DNA of 9,328 bases from a virus (lineage: Duplodnaviria; Heunggongvirae; Uroviricota; Caudoviricetes): the IMG/VR virus record IMGVR_UViG_2751185961_000008; one strand, given 5' to 3'. A model generated the notes under the pieces. That model had not been told where the DNA came from. It saw only the letters and a list, made by a program, of their open reading frames with translations, and did not search any database. Shown in pieces: positions 8,027 through 9,328 of the stretch (the first letter of the stretch is position 1; each line of letters opens with the position of its first letter). The translations under genes were made by a program, and so were the position numbers.

Positions 8027-8236
8027 ATGACACAAGAAGAAAAAGTGATGTTTCTGATGCGGCTGGCTGTCGATACCTACAACACACAATTCAGGGAGAA
8101 AGATATACCTCAAAAGGCAGTTCCTGCCGCGGTAGATAAGGGCGGTGCTATTGCCGTATTTTACGATGCATTTGAATCATTTTTTAATGAAAAACTCGAC
8201 GCTGTTAGCGGCTTCGGAACATCGAGTAATAAATAA
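8027..8236 (+). CDS. hypothetical small protein (69 aa) encoded opposite to the surrounding pL-direction genes
   Basis: ORF MTQEEKVMFLMRLAVDTYNTQFREKDIPQKAVPAAVDKGGAIAVFYDAFESFFNEKLDAVSGFGTSSNK, with a strong SD (TAAGGAGAG) about 8 nt upstream of the ATG. It is preceded by about 440 bp without convincing ORFs. Its 3' end overlaps the 3' end of the convergent ORF 8205..8564 by 32 nt. Confidence 0.55.
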   Translation: MTQEEKVMFLMRLAVDTYNTQFREKDIPQKAVPAAVDKGGAIAVFYDAFESFFNEKLDAVSGFGTSSNK

Positions 8237-8564
8237 CGTTCATTACGGTTCTTAAACAACAATCAGTGGGCTTGATGTTGTTCTTTTCAAGCTCACTTGC
8301 CATCACTTCCATTATTCTTGCACTTACACGAATTATTTGGTGGCTGTAAGCGATGCAACTGTCGCTGATATTGCTGTTTATTTCTATTACTTCATTTTCA
8401 CCATTAGCATCAACTTCGGATGCGCTGTTTTCATTATCCTGTTTCAGTGCTTTTTCTGCCATCTGGATGCGTGTCAGCGTTGCGGAATTTGGGCTAAGTC
8501 GATAAACCTGTCTGGCATCTTCCAGAAGCAGGGCGATAATGTGCTTCAGTTCTGTTTCGTTCAT
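8205..8564 (-). CDS. hypothetical protein (119 aa from the ATG at 8564; ORF-track start at 8585 is probably TTG)
   Basis: ORF MNETELKHIIALLLEDARQVYRLSPNSATLTRIQMAEKALKQDNENSASEVDANGENEVIEINSNISDSCIAYSHQIIRVSARIMEVMASELEKNN..., with GGAG 6 nt upstream of the ATG. It lies 31 bp downstream of ORF 8596..8844 on the same strand, consistent with a two-gene operon. Confidence 0.5.
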   Translation of the reverse strand: MNETELKHIIALLLEDARQVYRLSPNSATLTRIQMAEKALKQDNENSASEVDANGENEVIEINSNISDSCIAYSHQIIRVSARIMEVMASELEKNNIKPTDCCLRTVMNVIYYSMFRSR

Positions 8565-8595
8565 AGTTAACTCCGGTAGTTGCAATTTATTAATA

Positions 8596-8844
8596 TCAGG
8601 CGGTCAGCTCTTTAAGCTTCTGAACTGCTTTATTCATTTCATCCATACAGTCGATGAATTCGTCCAGTTTAAGCTGCATTTTTCCGGCGGCCTGAAGAAT
8701 TTCAAGTTTTAAGGGCGCAAGTTTTTTGTTGAATGCATCATCTTCCTGGCGTTTTTTCTCCGCAATTTCGGCGGCTTTCAGCAATTCTTCAGCCTGTTTT
8801 CTGAGTATTTCTGGTGAAGGTGAAACTGCTTTGAGGTTATTCAT
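8596..8844 (-). CDS. hypothetical helical protein (82 aa from the ATG at 8844; ORF-track ATG at 8901 gives 101 aa); possibly the 3' part of a gene interrupted by IS1
   Basis: ORF MNNLKAVSPSPEILRKQAEELLKAAEIAEKKRQEDDAFNKKLAPLKLEILQAAGKMQLKLDEFIDCMDEMNKAVQKLKELTA, with GGAA 6 nt before the ATG at 8844. The same frame stays open upstream through 8902-8997 with no start codon, up to the insB stop codon inside IS1. Confidence 0.5.
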   Translation of the reverse strand: MNNLKAVSPSPEILRKQAEELLKAAEIAEKKRQEDDAFNKKLAPLKLEILQAAGKMQLKLDEFIDCMDEMNKAVQKLKELTA

Positions 8845-8982
8845 TTCAGGTTCCTGTTGTTGCAGAATTAATTTGTTGCATTCTCTGCGTGAGCGTTTCA
8901 TTGCAGATTCGCACTTCTTGCAATAAATGGCTCTCCCGTCACGCTTGCTGGCATCTGAATAAAAATCATTGACTGATTTTGT

Positions 8983-9328
8983 GGTAATGACTCCAACTTA
9001 CTGATAGTGTTTTATGTTCAGATAATGCCCGATGACCTTGTCATGCAGCTCCACCGATTTTGAGAACGACAGTGACTTCCGTCCCAGCCTTGCCAGATGT
9101 TGTCTCAGATTCAGATTATGTCGCTCAATGCGCTGAGTGTAACGCTTGCTGATAACGTGCAGCTTTCCCTTCAGGCGTGATTCATACAGCGGCCAGCCAT
9201 CCGTCATCCATACCACGACCTCAAAGGCCGACAGCAGGCTCAGAAGACGCTCCAGTGTGGCCAGAGTGCGTTCACCGAAGACGTGCGCCACAACAGTCCT
9301 CCGTATCCTGTCATACGCGTAAAACAGC
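8983..9328 (-). mobile_element. IS1 family insertion sequence, divergent variant, partial (right-end terminal repeat at 8983; element continues beyond window end)
   Basis: Sequence from 8983 (GGTAATGACTCCAACTTACTGATAGTGTTTTATGTTCAGATAATGCCCGATGAC...) matches the reverse complement of the IS1 right terminus and insB region as recalled, with scattered substitutions (roughly 10 percent by eye). The terminus lies 15 nt beyond the insB stop, as in IS1. Confidence 0.9.
8998..9328 (-). CDS. insB: IS1 transposase InsB reading frame (C-terminal part; frame continues open to window end)
   Basis: Translation ...[109 protein letters not shown] matches IS1 InsB with a few substitutions. The ORF-track start at 9291 is an internal GTG, not the real start. 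Confidence 0.85.
   Translation of the reverse strand, partial: LFYAYDRIRRTVVAHVFGERTLATLERLLSLLSAFEVVVWMTDGWPLYESRLKGKLHVISKRYTQRIERHNLNLRQHLARLGRKSLSFSKSVELHDKVIGHYLNIKHYQ

Noticed and set aside
7859-8113. 84-aa minus-strand ORF 7859..8113 antisense to the 5' end of the 69-aa plus-strand gene
   Set aside because: No SD sequence and a low-complexity product (HHFFFLCHKF...). The plus-strand gene has a strong RBS. A leftward transcript here is more plausibly non-coding read-through ending at the 7745-7787 terminator.
8337-8570. Hydrophobic 77-aa plus-strand ORF 8337..8570 antisense to ORF 8205..8564, considered as a possible small membrane toxin
   Set aside because: No convincing RBS, and its hydrophobicity is explained by antisense translation of an acidic, AT-rich sense frame. 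Left as unsupported, though a type I toxin-like peptide cannot be fully excluded without expression data.
8596-8901. Interpretation of ORF 8596..8901 as the N antiterminator because it is the first gene after the presumed pL side
   Set aside because: The protein is helical and Lys/Glu-rich and lacks a typical N-terminal arginine-rich motif like lambda or P22 N. No boxA/boxB nut site could be recognised upstream before the IS1. The assignment is unsupported.
1-9328. Search for tRNA or tmRNA genes, CRISPR repeats and stx genes
   Set aside because: No cloverleaf-compatible segment with a T-loop consensus (GTTCGA/GTTCAA) was seen near the att junction; integration is into a protein-coding gene, not a tRNA. 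No spaced direct repeats. No ORF resembling Stx A or B subunits; the late region where stx would lie is outside the window.

Overview
This window is the left (attL) junction of a lambdoid prophage inserted into the 5' end of the host gene wrbA, in an Escherichia/Shigella-type chromosome (agp-yccJ-wrbA context). Reading rightwards, all on the minus strand: a 3' fragment of agp (plus strand), yccJ, a hybrid/truncated wrbA, a 436-aa tyrosine integrase whose 3' end overlaps the att core, an excisionase-like gene, an intrinsic terminator, a small ORF, then a lambda-type Red module (exo, bet, short-form gam). Translationally coupled upstream of gam is a 690-aa strongly acidic protein with a CxxC...CxxC motif and no function I can assign. 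Beyond it lies a visibly AT-rich accessory block (about 6772-8982) with five small unassignable ORFs, one on the opposite strand, and a roughly 440-bp non-coding spacer containing a strong leftward terminator. The window ends inside a divergent IS1 copy (insB on the minus strand) inserted immediately upstream of the last small ORF. The accessory block and the large acidic protein are the best candidates for an undescribed prophage-encoded system; no function can be proven from sequence alone. Protein identifications rest on recalled sequences of lambda Exo/Bet/Gam, WrbA, YccJ and IS1 InsB, not on a database search. Coordinates of non-ORF features are read by eye and may be off by 1-2 bp. No stx, tRNA, rRNA or CRISPR is present in the window.
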